Below, one piece after another: positions 63,605 to 64,000 of a stretch of DNA of 64,000 nucleotides. The DNA lies in assembly GCA_013239625.1 (NCBI GenBank), contig MU054220.1, forward strand, positions 3,907,374 to 3,971,373, in the 5' to 3' direction. Made by a program: the position numbers and the translations under genes. Source of the DNA: Lama guanicoe (lineage: Eukaryota). The notes under the pieces are model-generated. The model worked only from the letters and a program-made list of their open reading frames with translations. It did not search any database and was not told where the DNA came from. Positions within the stretch are counted from its first letter, which is position 1, and each line of letters starts with the position of its first letter.

Positions 63605-63830
63605 TCCCACCACAGGCTCTGGCATCAGACTGCCTGGGTTTGAATGTTGTTCTATCACCTCTTAGCTGTGTGACCTTGGACAGGTGACTTAACCTCTCTG
63701 ACCCTCACCTTACTCATTTGTGAGAAGACAAAAATAAAACTTATTTGGCAGATTTGCCCAGAGATTAAATTAAATAATATGGGTTAATGCCTGGCAGAAG
63801 GTAGGCTTTCAACAAATCAAGGTTACTATT
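63605..63830 (+). mobile_element. MIR SINE; many more MIR fragments occur (e.g. about 145-290, 27340-27520, 27940-28085, 33660-33840, 37980-38220, 48790-49020, 53700-53900)
   Basis: ggctctggcatcagactgcctgggttt...tagctgtgtgaccttggacaggtgacttaacctctctga. Confidence 0.75.
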
Positions 63831-64000
63831 ATAACATGTAATGCTGTACAGTAATTTTTCACTCATTTGTCCGTCTCCCCCTGTGGACTGCAATACCTTG
63901 AAATGAAAGATTGTGTAGTATTTATGAGGTCAAAGTAGACTCCCAACAAATTTTGCCGAATGAAAGACTGGATGGATAGAGGGAGGGAAGATGGGAAGAA

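Noticed and set aside
1..64000. The several hundred ORFs of 60-205 aa in the six-frame track
   Set aside because: They overlap in all frames, many start at GTG or TTG, and they show the Pro/Gly/Ser/Leu bias expected of GC-rich or repeat DNA. Only those overlapping CD82 exons contain recognisable protein.
59896..64000. CD82 promoter or non-coding 5' exons
   Set aside because: No CpG island or recognisable upstream exon; the ATG exon has a clear splice acceptor, so the start site lies outside the window.
1..64000. CRISPR array, operon or other prokaryote-type system
   Set aside because: The sequence is mammalian with spliceosomal introns, and no regularly spaced repeat-spacer array is present.

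Overview
Mammalian (eutherian) genomic DNA, most likely camelid: it has two short tRNA-derived SINEs resembling the camelid Vic-1 type and L1 3' ends of cetartiodactyl type, and I recognised no Alu, Bov-A/BovB, PRE-1 or Can-SINE. The only protein-coding gene I can support is the tetraspanin CD82 (KAI1/TSPAN27) on the minus strand. Its eight coding exons (59875-59813, 54463-54391, 49493-49369, 49248-49174, 40473-40372, 37674-37462, 37168-37085, 36785-36708) all have GT-AG introns and join into an intact 813-nt CDS (270 aa). The promoter and non-coding 5' exons lie beyond the right edge. Positions 1 to about 35,400 are 3'-flanking intergenic DNA with nested L1, LTR, DNA transposon, MIR and L2 relics and GC-rich unique segments. 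Nearly all ORFs in the supplied track are spurious. I found no convincing new biological system. The best leads are a cluster of CTCF-like motifs bracketing the 3' end of CD82, open read-through frames in the last two short introns, lineage-specific changes in CD82 modification sites, and some clean retrotransposition signatures. Repeat family names and comparisons with human CD82 are from memory and need RepeatMasker or alignment confirmation.
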